Source of the DNA: Bugula neritina
Lineage: Eukaryota; Animalia; Bryozoa
Reading direction: 5' to 3'
NCBI GenBank assembly: GCA_964035545.1
Contig: OZ037773.1
Coordinates: forward strand, 3,253,751-3,317,750
Length of the DNA stretch: 64,000 nt
A model generated the notes under the pieces. It was not told where the DNA came from. It did not search any database and was given only the letters and a program-made list of their open reading frames with translations. The translations under genes were made by a program, and so were the position numbers. Below are positions 37,190 to 59,300 of the stretch, piece after piece (positions within the stretch are counted from its first letter, which is position 1; every line of letters starts with the position of its first letter).

Positions 37190-38010
37190 CACTAAATATA
37201 ATACAACTATTAACTTAACAGTAACACTAAAAGTAAAACTACAAGTACAGGCACAGGTTGAGGTTAGTAAAATTAAAGTTTTACTGTTAAACTTAAAGTA
37301 AAAGTCATAAAATTGAAGTGAAAGTGAAACTAAAAGTAAAACTAAAAGTGTTCAACTTACATAAAATTATATAAAAATTTGAAAATAGATGACAAAAATA
37401 AAAATTATCATTATTGACATTACGAATGTATTATTTTGATTTAAAGTGAATCAGTCAAATTATCATTATATTTATTAACAATCATTATCAATATCATACT
37501 CATAGTGATTCAGTCATTCAGTGATTCACTGATGAGTGATGCTTATACTTTAAGTTTATAGTTATACTTATAGTTATATTTGCTAGTCAATTTACTTATT
37601 GCTCATTAGTGATACTGATTAGATTTAGTCATTGCTGTTATTGCATTTACTGACTAAGAGTTGGATTAAGTCATTACTCATTACTGATGGTGATACTGAT
37701 GGTGATTCTGATAGTTATTACTCATACTCATAGTCATACAATCATAGTCATACTTATGTCTCATAGTCAATAACTAAAAGTCATTGGTGATTAGTCATTA
37801 CAGATTGAGAATACTGATTCACGGATTAGACTTGGTCATTAGACTTAAAGTTAGATTTAGTCATTACTCATTAGACTTAGTCATTGCTCATTGTGCTAAA
37901 CTTTAAAGCTAAAAGTAATACTAATACTCTAATAGTAACTGTATTACTAATACTAATAGTAATGCTATTAGTATTAGCGATAGTCATAGTGGTACTGGTA
38001 TGATAATTAA
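37190..38010. repeat. Degenerate hexamer-period low-complexity tract (AAAGTA/AGTCAT/AGTAAT)
   Basis: Same character as 10150-11110 and 52320-52630. Confidence 0.8.
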
Positions 38011-38458
38011 ATGTGGCATTAACTTTAATACTTGTTTCTGTTTAAATTAGATTTTGAATTATTAGTTAAGTAATATGCTAAAAATAAAAATTCTAAAATG
38101 CTTAATAAGTTATCTTTCTTTAATTGCATTGGCATGACGATGACAATCAGTATCGTTACATTGGAATATGAGTCATTAAAAACTTTGTGGTTCCCAACAG
38201 CTTTAGAAAGCAGAATGGCATCAAATTGTTTAGCTAAATTGGTAGTTATTTTATTAATACTCAGTCTAAGATTGAAATTTCTCTATGGAAGCTAAAAGGG
38301 CTGGTAGTATTAGTAACAATATGTAATTATAATCATAACCAGAAAATTAATGAAGTGACAATACTCAAACTCATCATTAAAATGCAATCCTAAGTCACTA
38401 TTTTATTTCAATGTTTGATTAATTATAATATATTATCATTGGATGTTTTACAGTAAAA

Positions 38459-40580
38459 ATGATGACTATGATGCCAGAATCGTTTTATGACATGGGCGTG
38501 GAGTTAACTAAGAAACTTACACAGGCCAAAGCTCAGGCCGAAAGCAGTCAAACCGACTGCCTAGTGCCTGTCACAGTTGCTGAGCAAGACTATGGCTATT
38601 GCAGTGATGAGTTCTATTTCACCGATAGCAAATCTGACCAATCAGCTGACACTTCCGGTAAGTTCTAAGCATCTTAGCATTGTTAGAATGGTTTTTTAAT
38701 TTAGATGAAATATAAATTGACAATACAGAAAATTTACTAATGCAATACATCTATATAGGTGTCACTTAGTTGCTTCTTACAAAATATAATTTGTTGTATA
38801 ATATTGTAATGTATTGAGTCATGCTAATGCAATGCTTCCAGCACCCAGGGGCTCAATTATTGCATCACCCTTGCATCAGTGTCTACTGTGAGTAAGGAAC
38901 TACTAGTGAGGCTAGAATAAACATTATGCAGTCACATGTTATCAAGCCACGTAGTTACATGCCACACTAGTGAGTCTAACTTTCGCTTTCAACAATTTTT
39001 GTGATGTCACTTCCAGGAACTGCCACGCCCCTCACATTAGAAGATGTGGACATGCTTGCTGCTGTTGAGTCCTGGCAGAATAATCTTGCGGACACCGCTA
39101 GTCTCTCAGGCCCCACTTCTAATATGACTACTGCTGCCGCTGCCGAACTGGAGCGAGCTTGCAGCGCATACACAGATCTCTCTGACGCTTCATCCGACGA
39201 AGGTGCCAGCGACTTGCCTGAAATCCTGCGCCGCTCTGTGGTACGTTCTTTTCTGTCTGTCGGGTGACGTGTTGTCAGTCATTTTTCTTTATTTAGACTT
39301 GGGTCATTTTACTTAATTTAATGCACTATATACGTGAAAAAACATCACGCGCACGCACACCAAATTTACTAAAAATTTAGGACAAAACATAGGAAATCGA
39401 GTAAAATTTGAAAAAAAAACCTTGCTTATTCAGCTGTATTTGTTAATATTTTATCAGTTTGATGCAAGAAACTATATATATTAGTTGTTAAACAGTGAAA
39501 AATAGTTAAACACTAGAGGTGTGTAGTGTGTACTAATTTAAGTAAAATGACCCACTTGCATTTTTATATTCCTCAAGGTAGTAGGGATAGTAGTATAGTA
39601 ACTACAGCTCCACCTCTCTTACAGAAGGGAATAGCTAGTCTAATATATGAGTATAGTAATTACATCTCCCTCTCTCTTACAGAAGGGAATAGCTAGCTAG
39701 TCTGATATAGTAGTGTAGTGATTACATCTCCCTCTCTCTTACAGAAGGGGATGACTCCTGAAGAGAAACGCATGAGAAGAAGGGAGTTGAACAGAAGAGC
39801 TGCATTGAGATCCAGACAAAAGAAGAAGTTGTCTTCTTCCGAACAGCTGCAGGTTGGTATTTCAGCCTCATAATTCAGTGTTTACAGTTCCACTCACTGC
39901 CATTCTTATATAGTACCATGTATATTTTATATACTGTAGGAACATGCCTCCCTCTCCTAGTAATATAAAGTTAATGGTAGAGGAATATATACATGTTCAG
40001 GTTGTAGAAATTCTATGCGCGTTGTTTTAGCTTTACACGTGAAATACGCAGTATTTACTGTCAATATATTCCTTCAATAAGGTGACACCAACTGCTTCAA
40101 GTATTTTTCAACTAATGCTTTTCAGCTTGTCTTGTATCATTTAGGGCAGCATATTTTCCGTTTGTTTCCATATTTGAGTCACTGGGTGATTGAGAAAGCA
40201 GAATGGAGTTGCAAATTATAGAGATTGTTTGTCACTCTGTCGATTACATGAACTGGTTTATATTCTTGTGCTTCTACTCCTAGTAATATGTGATTCGTGT
40301 TTGACAGGAAGAAGTAAGGCTGGTCAAGCGAAATGCAGAGTTGCGAGTTGAGTTGAAGAAACTGGAAGAAGCTAAGTGGGAGTTGTATGCTCTTATAAAG
40401 AACCACTTCAAGGGCTGCCCATCAAATAATAATAATAATAATATTATTGTTAACAAGAAGCCGACTGTGCCTGTCCATCAGCAAGTGCCTGCTGTGCATC
40501 ATCAAGCTGTGACTCAACAAGCACCTGCTCACCCACGTCATGGTGGCAGCTTTCAGGGCCAGTTTCTAGCGTTTGATTGA
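38459..40580 (+). CDS. bZIP transcription factor of the ATF3/JDP2/BATF (Fos-related) group, about 267 aa
   Basis: Exons 38459-38657, 39017-39240, 39745-39852, 40308-40580. Basic region EEKRMRRRELNRRAALRSRQKKK, zipper LVKRNAELRVELKKLEEAKWELYALIKNH followed by FKGC (H-x3-C as in ATF3/Fos). Confidence 0.88.
39593..39750 (+). repeat. About 60-bp tandem repeat x3 containing the bZIP-exon splice acceptor
   Basis: ctctcttacag|aaggg with AG ending at 39624, 39682 and 39744. Confidence 0.9.
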
Positions 40581-42465
40581 AGAGATGGGCGATAAAAGTT
40601 GACTAATATAGGATCGATATCGTTAATGCATATCGAGAAGGATTGCTGCACCCCACACTAATCATAGGAACAATATTTGTTGAATAACTGCAGCGTGCAT
40701 TCACAATATTAAAGGGGAGAGTGTCGGGGCTCTCATATATAGATCAGAATTTTTTGGTATGGCACCCAGTCTAGGCTATGGAGCTGTATTGGGCTGAACA
40801 GGAGTTATATGAGTGGCATGTGCCGTTTTATTATTACTAATTATAACATTTAGTAATTTTCTTTCATAATATTACAGTTTGGTGTGTATCACAATTGGTT
40901 TAATATATATTATACAATATGTATGCTGCACACCTGTTATGTCATAATGTTATGGGAATAAGGTTGGAATAGGTCAGGGTTGGGTGATAAGGCCTGTTTT
41001 AAAGAAATATGAAACAAAAATTATTATAGTATGTTTTATAACAATTTTATGTTATAAGCCATTTTTATTATTCTGTTACTCTATATAGTCTGATATACTT
41101 TTTTAATATGGGTTTCTATAGAAAATTGTGTCCAGTTTTATATGATTATCGATCCTACATGTTTGTTTTGAGACTAACACCTTATATTATCCATCAAGTC
41201 TGGACTTGTTTATGATCTGATACCACTTAATGTATCAAATATACTGCATTTGTTTTATGAACCTTGTCTTCTTGTGTTATTAAATAAACACAGGGTGTAA
41301 CTGTAGTACTATAGTCAACTGGTGACAGTTTTAGAAAACTAAGGTATTTCAGTGAGCTACTAACTTGGGCCACTGCTATTGAATAAACATGACGGCTATA
41401 AATCACTCTTCAAAGAGTTTAGGTTTTACCAACTTGTTAAAAAGAAACTTTATCAGCATATACTAGAAAAGGTATAGTGCATAGACTTCCTGCATATTAT
41501 AATACACAACTATTAGCACAGAAAGCAAAACTAAGCTGGTATGTCTGGGGTTTATAGTTCACACCTGTATTCTGCTGTATGTATTGCATATGCTATATTT
41601 ACAATTCCACTTCGAATTAGAATCTTAATAAATAATAATAAACTAATTATTGTACACAACTTGCTTGTAATTTCGCTAATTACCAATGATAGTGGGTGAA
41701 ATGAGAACACATAGATATGCATAAATGTAATCTAGGAGCAGCTGTGATCTGCAGCACAGATTTCGAGGAAATAAATGAAATCCGCTCAACAAACTTTTCA
41801 TCATTTTTTGCATCAATAGAATTTAATGTTTATATATAAATAACATCAAGTGATGACTATATTTCTTAAGAATTAGTGTTGATTGATTTTGATCGAGGGG
41901 GCTACTCTTTACATAACGAATGATTTAAGCAACTGTTCCAACTTACCACTGTCAGTACATTGTAATGATGAATGGTGGCATATACCCGGCAAGGTTTTGA
42001 TAATATGGACATCAAAAAGTTGCTAAGACATTAACATTAGGCCAAAGCACCTTATTGGTCAATTATTAGGTAGGACCACCCATCAATAATTACAAATAAT
42101 CAACAATACACTTCTATACAAAAGGTATTTTTGGGCTGCGTTACACAACACATAGTTATTATAGTAGAGAACTATAAGTCTCATAATATGGCTGCGCTCA
42201 AACACACCAGCCAATAAATTGTTATCATGTTTTGTGTAGGAATTGAGGCTACATGACTTTATGTACAGATGAATGATATTTAGCAGGGAATTAGTTGGGA
42301 AATGAATATGAAATACCTTGAGCTGAGGTAATCAGAGGCTTAATAGCTGCGTTCTGTAGCAGTCGGCAGGGAGCCACTGCTTGCTCGGAGATGTAATTCA
42401 ATAAGGTTTTCCATTATTGCAAATGTATTACAAGGTTACATGCAATGTAATACTATGATATAATA

Positions 42466-50793
<8,328 letters not shown>

Positions 50794-52064
50794 GGTTACG
50801 ACACATTTGGTGCCACTTTCAGTGAAGATACAAATGCCAAGTATTATATAGATAATATAATATACCTGCTGTATAGTGGGAACCTTTTATGACTTTCCTC
50901 TCAACATATCGTTGTCAAATTTATTTATTTCATATTAATGTGTTATTATATTATTAAACTATATTATTTATATATTTTAATAATCATTCAAATAATACAA
51001 ATAAGTAGAAAAACTATTTGCCAGGCATATCAAAGGCTCTGCTTATATGAATCTTTTTTCATATTATTCAGTCAGTTCTATGCTAATTATTAATTTGTGC
51101 TATTTTCCTTATTTATTACAAGAGAAAAGACACTATCTGCTTTTAAATAATTTATTTATCATTGTTTACTTATATGTGGTAAAATGTTTATATCTGTCAG
51201 GTATATTTAAAATTCATTATATTTGTTTATTGCATCCTAATCTGTTGAAAAAGCTACAAATATTTCTTTCAAATGAATTATATAGAATTTTTTTGCTATT
51301 TATGAAGTAATTTTACACATATCGCATGTTTTGCAACTTTTATTTTGGTTTTTATTCTGATGAATGCAGAAAATGTCGAGTCATATCAAACATATCACAG
51401 TTTTTGAACAATTTTCATCGTCAATCAGCATACATATCACTATATGCCCTTTTTGGGGCTATAGCTAAATTATGCCAGGTGCATAATTTAATTGCGTCTT
51501 TGAAACTATTTTGTTAATTTGTTTGTTTTTAATATAATTATATTGTTAAAAGTAATGATAATATATTTCAGAATTTTATATTTTTACTTGCATATCAATT
51601 TTTTGCATACATAAAGCAGCAACTTATTTATGTATTTATTATTGTATATGATATACTTGAGCTAATTGACATAAAACATAATATTAAAACATAATTCATG
51701 TATATTATGTTAATGAAGCTTCATTAAATTATTAATTTTGAACCTATGTCTGTTTTATGAAAACTTAATTATACAGCTTCACGTCAGAATATCTAGTAAC
51801 ATTTTATATTATGTAATAATGCGTATGCTTAACTTCAGTTACTCAGCTAAATTATTAATAAAATATGTTACTCTACTTGTTGAAACAGTTTTACCGGAGT
51901 TGCTTACCCATAAATAAAAACTTGCCCTCAGCTTAAAGAGATAAAGAATATACAGTGAAAAGCACATCTTTTCTAGATTATAAGTTGTAAAAAATTATAA
52001 TATTTTTAAACCCCAGTTTGTTTCTAAAATTCTGCATCATCTAAAACACTTCAGTTCACAATGC

Positions 52065-52255
52065 AGCTAGAACCGGAAGTTTTCTTGTTATTATGGTGAC
52101 GAAGATTGAACCTCTCGGTGGAGCGCACATGCTTCGTTCTTCGTTTTTGACACTCCAGCTGTGAATCAACATGAACGTTAATAATAATATTATACATTAG
52201 TTTTCGACTGCACGAGTGCCCAACACTTGCAAAACAACAAGTTCAAAACAAGGTA
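52065..52255 (+). promoter_or_regulatory. Putative promoter and non-coding first exon of the calpain gene
   Basis: ETS-type ACCGGAAGT at 52072, CpG enrichment, donor AAG|GTACGC near 52252, acceptor ttctttgcag at 53359. Confidence 0.55.
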
Positions 52256-52319
52256 CGCATAATATTATCAATGCTGCAAATTAACTTTAAGGTTTTCGTT
52301 GCTGGTTAAGTGCTGGCGG

Positions 52320-52630
52320 GATACTCATAACTGATAGTGATAGTGATACTCATACTGATAGTGATAAGGATTATCAAATAATCATTATCTAAAAGTAAAA
52401 GTAAAATTAAAGGAAAAAAATAGGCATGACTCAGACTAATGGCATTGTAGTTGTCATTGTGATTGTGGTTGAGTTTAACGGTTGACTTTGAGCTTGACAA
52501 ATCAAAACGAAAACCAGCATTTGTGATACTAGTACTTAGCTTCAGGCTCAGCTTTTAGTTTTACAAATGTTTCTTTTACTTGAACTTAAAATTAGTTACT
52601 ATCAGTATTAGTATTACTATTAGTATTAGT
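52320..52630. repeat. Degenerate hexamer-period low-complexity tract
   Basis: gatagt/aaagta/agtatt units just downstream of the first donor. Confidence 0.7.
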
Positions 52631-53374
52631 CAATAGGCATGCACGCATTGTGATAATATTGTAATTATTATCCTCGATAATTTTCCTAATATTTATATGA
52701 GACAAAGTCTCAGTATCTATTTCTTTACAATAATCATACTTGTCGTTTTACTCTGTTTACAAAATTACGATTTATTTAAGCTCAAAATTAATGCTCTAAA
52801 ATTAACTTAATAATTAGCTATGAGATTGAGAATAACTGTAAGTAGATGTTTATTTTTCTGAGTAAGCTGAAGCCAAAAATTAAAGAAGTATTTTTATTTT
52901 ATTATTAGCATTTATATTGTTTAAACTTTAAATGGAAGATATAAACTCAAGACTCAGGGCAATGATTGTTGTGCATACGAAATTCACTACTTCTAAGGTA
53001 AGAGGCTTAGTTAACAATTGCTAGGTGTCTGTGTTTTAAGTAGAAGCATTCTGAGTTTGAGATTTTTGAGTTTAAATATTAAAGTCAACTATCACCACAT
53101 TATTTTCAACAAAACTGTTGTCAGCAAAATGACTGCAATGTACTAGTAGGTGCAATGCAATATGTTATCAAGGTAAAAAAAAGCATTTTTATCAGTAACA
53201 TGCAATGAAAGCACTACACTGGATAAGGATCTCTGAGTTTCAGCATAAAAGTTTGTAAATGTTAGACCAGCAATGTGATTTAAGCACATTACATTCGTTG
53301 AGTTTAATGTTATTGATTTTTTGAATGTTTAGTGTTGAAAATATCTTGTTTCTTTGCAGCTGTTACTATAAAGA

Positions 53375-56300
53375 ATGGGCGTAGATTACTATAAAGGTCA
53401 GAAGTATGAAAAGCTGAAGAAAGAGTTATTAAAATCTGGTCAATTATTTACAGACCCAGAATTTTTACCCAATCAAAAGTCACTATTCTATAGCAGAACA
53501 GAAACAGAAGTTATATGGAAAAGACCAACGGTACGTTCTTATGCATGTTTAAGATACTCTAACAGAGGGATGCTTTATGATTATGTTGTCGTAGAGGAAC
53601 AGTTCACATTTGGTAGGGTTGGAAAACTCCAACGTGTTTAGCCTGCTGTAGGTAAATGTAATTTATGTATGCACTGTAGGAGTTATGCAATGTGCCCAAA
53701 CTAGTAGTGGGCGGAGCCTCGTGTGAAGACCTGATAGAGGGGGAGTACGGAAATCGATGGTTTATAACAGCATGCTCTAATCTAGCCAATCACAAAGCTC
53801 TATTCAATAAGGTGCTGTCAGCTTCGCTTTTAATGTTATGTTGGAAAGTGTTGACTAATAGTATGGAACTGTAAGAGCCTAAACCTGGTGGCAGAACATT
53901 TCAATATCCTTTGACTTTAATGTATTTGAATTTTTAATAGTTTGTAGTTTTAACAAAATTATTCAGTGGTTTTTTTTTTCAAAGTAACATGGTGTAGTTT
54001 GACAAAACAGTTACTTATATAAAATAATTTTGCCCCCACTGGGATTCAAGCCCGAGGTCTCGGCTTGAATCCCAGTGGGGGCAAAATTACACCGCTGGGT
54101 AAGCTCAGCACTGCAATCTAAACTGTCAATAGCAGTAATATTTGAAGTTTTGCTGTGATGTCCAGCTCACCCGTTGCAGTTCTAATTTACATACTCTATG
54201 CAAGTTATTTTAGAGTAAGTAAGAGTTTTGTTGCTATGGTTACTTCAGGTTATTCCCAGCAGCTTAGCGCAAGAATACAATAACACCGGCGCTCACGCTG
54301 GGATATTCAAGTTCCAGTTCTGGTTGTTTGGAACGTGGACAGAGGTGGTGGTGGATGACCTTCTTCCCACTAAGCACGGCAAACTCGTTTACTGTCACTC
54401 TAAGTCTAAGAATGAGTTTTGGAGTGCCCTGCTTGAAAAGGCTTATGCCAAGTTAGTCTAATAAATGCTAGCTTTGAAAAGGATTGTTTTTTTAACTCAA
54501 TATATTTGCTATGGTATATGTTAGTCTAATCTGTTACAGCTCACACCAGTGTCTGTACCTGTGCTGAGGGTCTAAAATGATAACTTTATATTCAAATGTT
54601 TTATTGAATATAAACCAATGTTTGTGGATTATTTGGTGTTGGATTTATATTTAGATTGTCCACTGTTTTATACAAGAAAGAAAATCTGTTCGAATATTAT
54701 CAATATTACTATATTATTACTTTATCTGTTGAATTGTCTTCACTTGATTTTTGTAAAAGTGATTTCTGAAAAATTAGTTGTGTTCAAAACTTGTATTAGT
54801 TGTTTTAGTTTTAACTTATTTTTTTTAGTAAAAATCTTTAATATTGTGTTGCGGTTGACATTGTTTTGTTGTTTGCAGACTATTTGGAGATTATGAGTCA
54901 CTGAAAGAAGGGCTGGCTGTCAACGCACTTGTTGACTTTACGGGAGGGGTGCCAGAAAGATTCGACGTTGCAACAATAGACCAGGAAAATGAGACTACGT
55001 GCAAGTTGGTATTCAGCCAATTAGAAGAAGCTCTGGCCAATAGTGCTTTGATAGTTGCTGAGGTCAAGGTGAGGCTAAGGTCACAATATCTTATTGATGA
55101 TTGGCTGATTTATTTTGGAAAATTTGTCAAACAAAACCCTAATCTATCGGTGTAAAACTTCGGATATAATTTGTTTTATCTGCGTTTCCTTCAACAATAC
55201 TGAAATACGAAAATTGTCTTATAGAAGGTCATTAACAAATATAGCAGTTATTAAGCATGCACATAAATCATATAAATAATAATATCCAATGTTTTCCTTT
55301 AGAATGCTAATGCCTCAGAACTAGCATCGGAAGAAGAAGCTATATCGAGTGGTGCCATTGATGTCCCTGAAGGAACTGATGTATTAGTGTTAAACTCGTC
55401 TCCCCCAGCCACCCAATCAGGTACACTGAGTTATTAACATTTATGTGACAAATGCTCCGTTCATATCTCACGGCTCCATTTCTCGCGAAATTCCATAGGT
55501 CACGAGATGAAATTGGACCTCTGTTTTGTGGCTTATGTATGTGTGTATGGGGACGAAATGGTCGAAATTTGTTTAATTCAGGAGTTAAATCTGGTATTCC
55601 ACTATGTCGTTGATTGAGGTTTCAGGACCCGCAGCTGAGTGAGATACAAAAGGAGCATTGTATTACGTTATCTATTCTTTGTGTAGACTTTGCTTGCAGC
55701 ATGACAAGTTATATAATAAAGCAACAAAGTTTTAAACAGTCAGCTAAGAAACTAGGCTATCCAACTTGTATATCTGTTGCTATGTAGCAGTGTGTGTATT
55801 ATTATTTACTTCAATCAAAACCTGCTAAATATTAGCTATCATTTTACAATTGATTATTTTAGTGGATGTTTGCATATAAAATGCAATCAATTCAATCACT
55901 TTTCATATACAACAATACTTGGCAAACTAAATCAATATGGTCTCACTTCAACTTGTTCATATCCATATATTTTGTGTAGCATGTTCTGTAAATAATGATG
56001 ATTTACTGCTGTATTTACTTTAAAAGATTACTTTAATTTTGTGACTCTAATTACTTGCTCTTTGAAATGTTGGTTTCTAAGTTTACCTGACTGAAAATAT
56101 TGTTAATATGATGATTTAGTAACTTCGCCAGCAAATGTTGGCAGGTAACTCCTTTCCATAATTTCGATTATGTTTTTTAATTTTGAATCGACAGAAAATG
56201 TTCATAGTTATGATTAGTTCAACTTTTCAATAAATATTTTGCAATAAAAAAATTTGTGAATTTTTTCAATATTTAGGAGGTTCAGATGCTATTCGAGCTC

Positions 56301-59300
56301 CAAAAACAGGCTACTTCAGGGACAACTCCATAGTGAGAGACAGCTTTATGACTGATGGTGGTTTACTCGTGGACCATGGCTATAACCTTCGAGAGGTCAA
56401 GAACATTCAAATCAGGAAAGGCGAGTCGTACCGAATGGTGAGACTTCAAACACCGTGGCAGACGGGACAGTGGATGGGTCGCTGGTCGAATGTGTAGGTT
56501 TGCTAGTTTCAGTTTGTTAGTTTCAAGTTGGGAGGAGTTTGCTAATTTTAGTTTAGAACCCGTTTGCTAGTTTCAGTTTAGAACTCGTTTGCTAGTTTCA
56601 GTTTAGAGCTGGTTTGCTAGTTTCAGTTTAGAACTCGTTTGCTAGTTTCAGTTTAGAGCTGGTTTGCTAGTTTCAGTTTAGAACTCGTTTGCTAGTTTCA
56701 GTTTAGAGCTGGTTTGCTAGTTTCAGTTTAGAACTCGTTTGCTAGTTTCAGTTTAGAGCTGGTTTGCTAGTTTCAGTTTAGAACTCGTTTGCTAGTTTCA
56801 GTTTAGAACTCGTTTGTTAGTTTTAGTTTGGGAGGAGTTTGCTAATTTTAGTTTAAAACTGGCTTGCTAGTTTCAGTTTAGAACTCGTTTGCTAGTTTCA
56901 GTTTAGAGCGTATTTCTCTTGCCTAAGGGATAGAATCACATCACGTACATATAAGTATTGAAAATACAATAATTTCATATTGTCAAATTTAAAACTCACC
57001 TAAGCTACATAGCATAAAGCTGTGAGCATTAGAAAAAAGTTTACTTTTAGTAAAGAGCCAGTAATATCTTTTTGCAATGTTCAAAAGTTTTCAGATGTTT
57101 GAAATTGTCGTTGAATTACTTTCAATGGCATAAGAAGATATTTCTTACGTTCAGTTTGTTTTTTGGAGTCCTGTAAGCATAGTTATTATGCAGTAGTGGG
57201 CCAACTACTGTACAGTAATTATGTACAATATATTTTAACGTTGGAAAAATACATTGTGTGCGTATTTTTATGATAATATTTCAGTTTTATTATGTTGACC
57301 ATTTCAAATGATGCATACTCAGCTAGGTACGTCCGTTGTTGTTTACCGCGGCCATTGTTTCTGTTGTACAGGTCACAGGAAATGAAAAGTATGACGGTTC
57401 AAGAAAGAAATAAACTGGGACTGAAGTTTGAGAATGAGTCTGATTTCTGGATGTTGCTCAGTGATTTCTTAGCTAATTTTACACACATGGATGTTTGTCA
57501 CTTTTTCAAGACATCAATGTTTACCTTGAAGAGATCGTGGACTGAGTCAGCTCTTACAGGTACATGAGTAATCAAAAGCAGACGACATCTTTACGACATT
57601 ATTTCACCTCACCCTAGATTATTTAACATATCGCATAAAAAGACACATTGAAATTTTAATTCACATTCCAATTCATGCTGTATTAGCTTTTCAAATCTGA
57701 AAATATTGAAATTATTTAATGAATGTTCAACAGGATTATTGTGTTAGTTTATGCATCTTATTACAAACTCGTCTCGCTCGCCAACAGAATCTTCTGGGTG
57801 TCACTTTAAAACCCCTTAAAGTACTGCTGAAAAGGTTTTGGGGCAGACTTGTGTGTAGCATCAGAAGTTGTCTGCCCTTATAATCAAACAAACTTCTCCC
57901 ATACACAAACTAGAAGCCATGAACTGGAACTATGAAAACTGATTCATTACAGCCAATACATTGAATTCTGAAAACAAATAGTTTGAGATCTCAAAAGTTA
58001 TCTCTCAAAACGTTTAAACTTTCCCTCAATGTTACATAATACTGTCATGGTTATGTTTAGGTGAATGGATAAACTCTCTCCATGATAACAGGTCCGGAGG
58101 AAACCTCAGCCACCCGACATTTTTTAATAATCCTCAGGTATGAGCTTTGCTACGTTTTGTGATCGTATTTGACTATATATTTGAATGAATTTTTATTTCG
58201 CAAGGCTTCATGTTTAAAAACACAGGAAGCTATTATCTATATTAAGATATACTTATGTTAGACTATATTCCAGACTGGGTTCTAGATCATGCAAAGGTGT
58301 AGAAGGCTGTTATTTTTTTTAATTATAGACAAATTATTTTGTTAAGTTTTTTTTACAAAAGATTAAAGAATTGTGGGAATATTTATGCTTGTCCTAAAAT
58401 ATTGTATATTTACTAGCTGCATGCAAGCCTGCATTGCTTAGCAGTGCATCAACATTTTTATAGCCTCAAATTATGATAAAAGTTCAAAACTCTGTTCAGT
58501 GTGGTATAATCAACAGCGAGTTATAGTATATTATAGTACAGTAGTCAAGATAAGGTCAAGCTAAGGTCACACTGTAACTAATAGCATTAAGTACATGATT
58601 TGTTGCAGTACATGTTTGACATGACAGTATCTTCCAACTCTGTGAACTATCCACTAATGGTTAGTCTGGAGCAGAATGACAGAACACTGGTCAGAAGGGG
58701 TGAACGAGGATCCAAAAACAGCTCAATTGGATTCACTATTATGAAGGTAGCTTAAGGGTCCACACTTAGGCAGCTCCATGAAAGATTGAAGTTTTAAAAA
58801 AACTAATGGTTTCTGAACACAGCACAGTCTTTTCTCGGAGACTATGACCCTATTGTTTTTTTAAACCGATTGGCTGTGCAGTGTAGAACATGCTTCTTTT
58901 AATGCCCAATTGTAAATGGGTTTTCAGTAGTGCATATTTTAGTAGGCATTCAAAAATTTACTTAGGTACTGTGAATATGTTATAGGTATGGGTTACTATA
59001 GGTGTGCTTTATATATAGGATGTAGGCTTAAATGAAGTAAAATGATAAAAGTGTGTCATACAATCTAGTAAATTAATTAGATAATAAAGAAAATCAAACC
59101 GAACGATGCTATTTATATACACTTGCGTCTTGCATGCTTTACACATGCCTTATAGTTTTTTCTTGGGAAATCTATTTTTGTATGAATCATACTGTCAATT
59201 TTAATTTTAATGTATATTTCTTTAAACTACTCATTAAAAAGCTTTTAATCTAAGATTATATAAATATAAAAATTTTATTATGTAATGATAGAAATAAAGT

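Noticed and set aside
38585-38606. DYGYCS as a beta-TrCP phosphodegron in the bZIP protein
   Set aside because: Does not match DSGxxS at the first phospho-site; no conservation data.
53755-53757. RNA editing or selenocysteine rescue of the calpain nucleophile (CGA to UGA)
   Set aside because: No SECIS recognised, and the independent loss of the catalytic Asn and oxyanion Gln means rescue would not restore activity.
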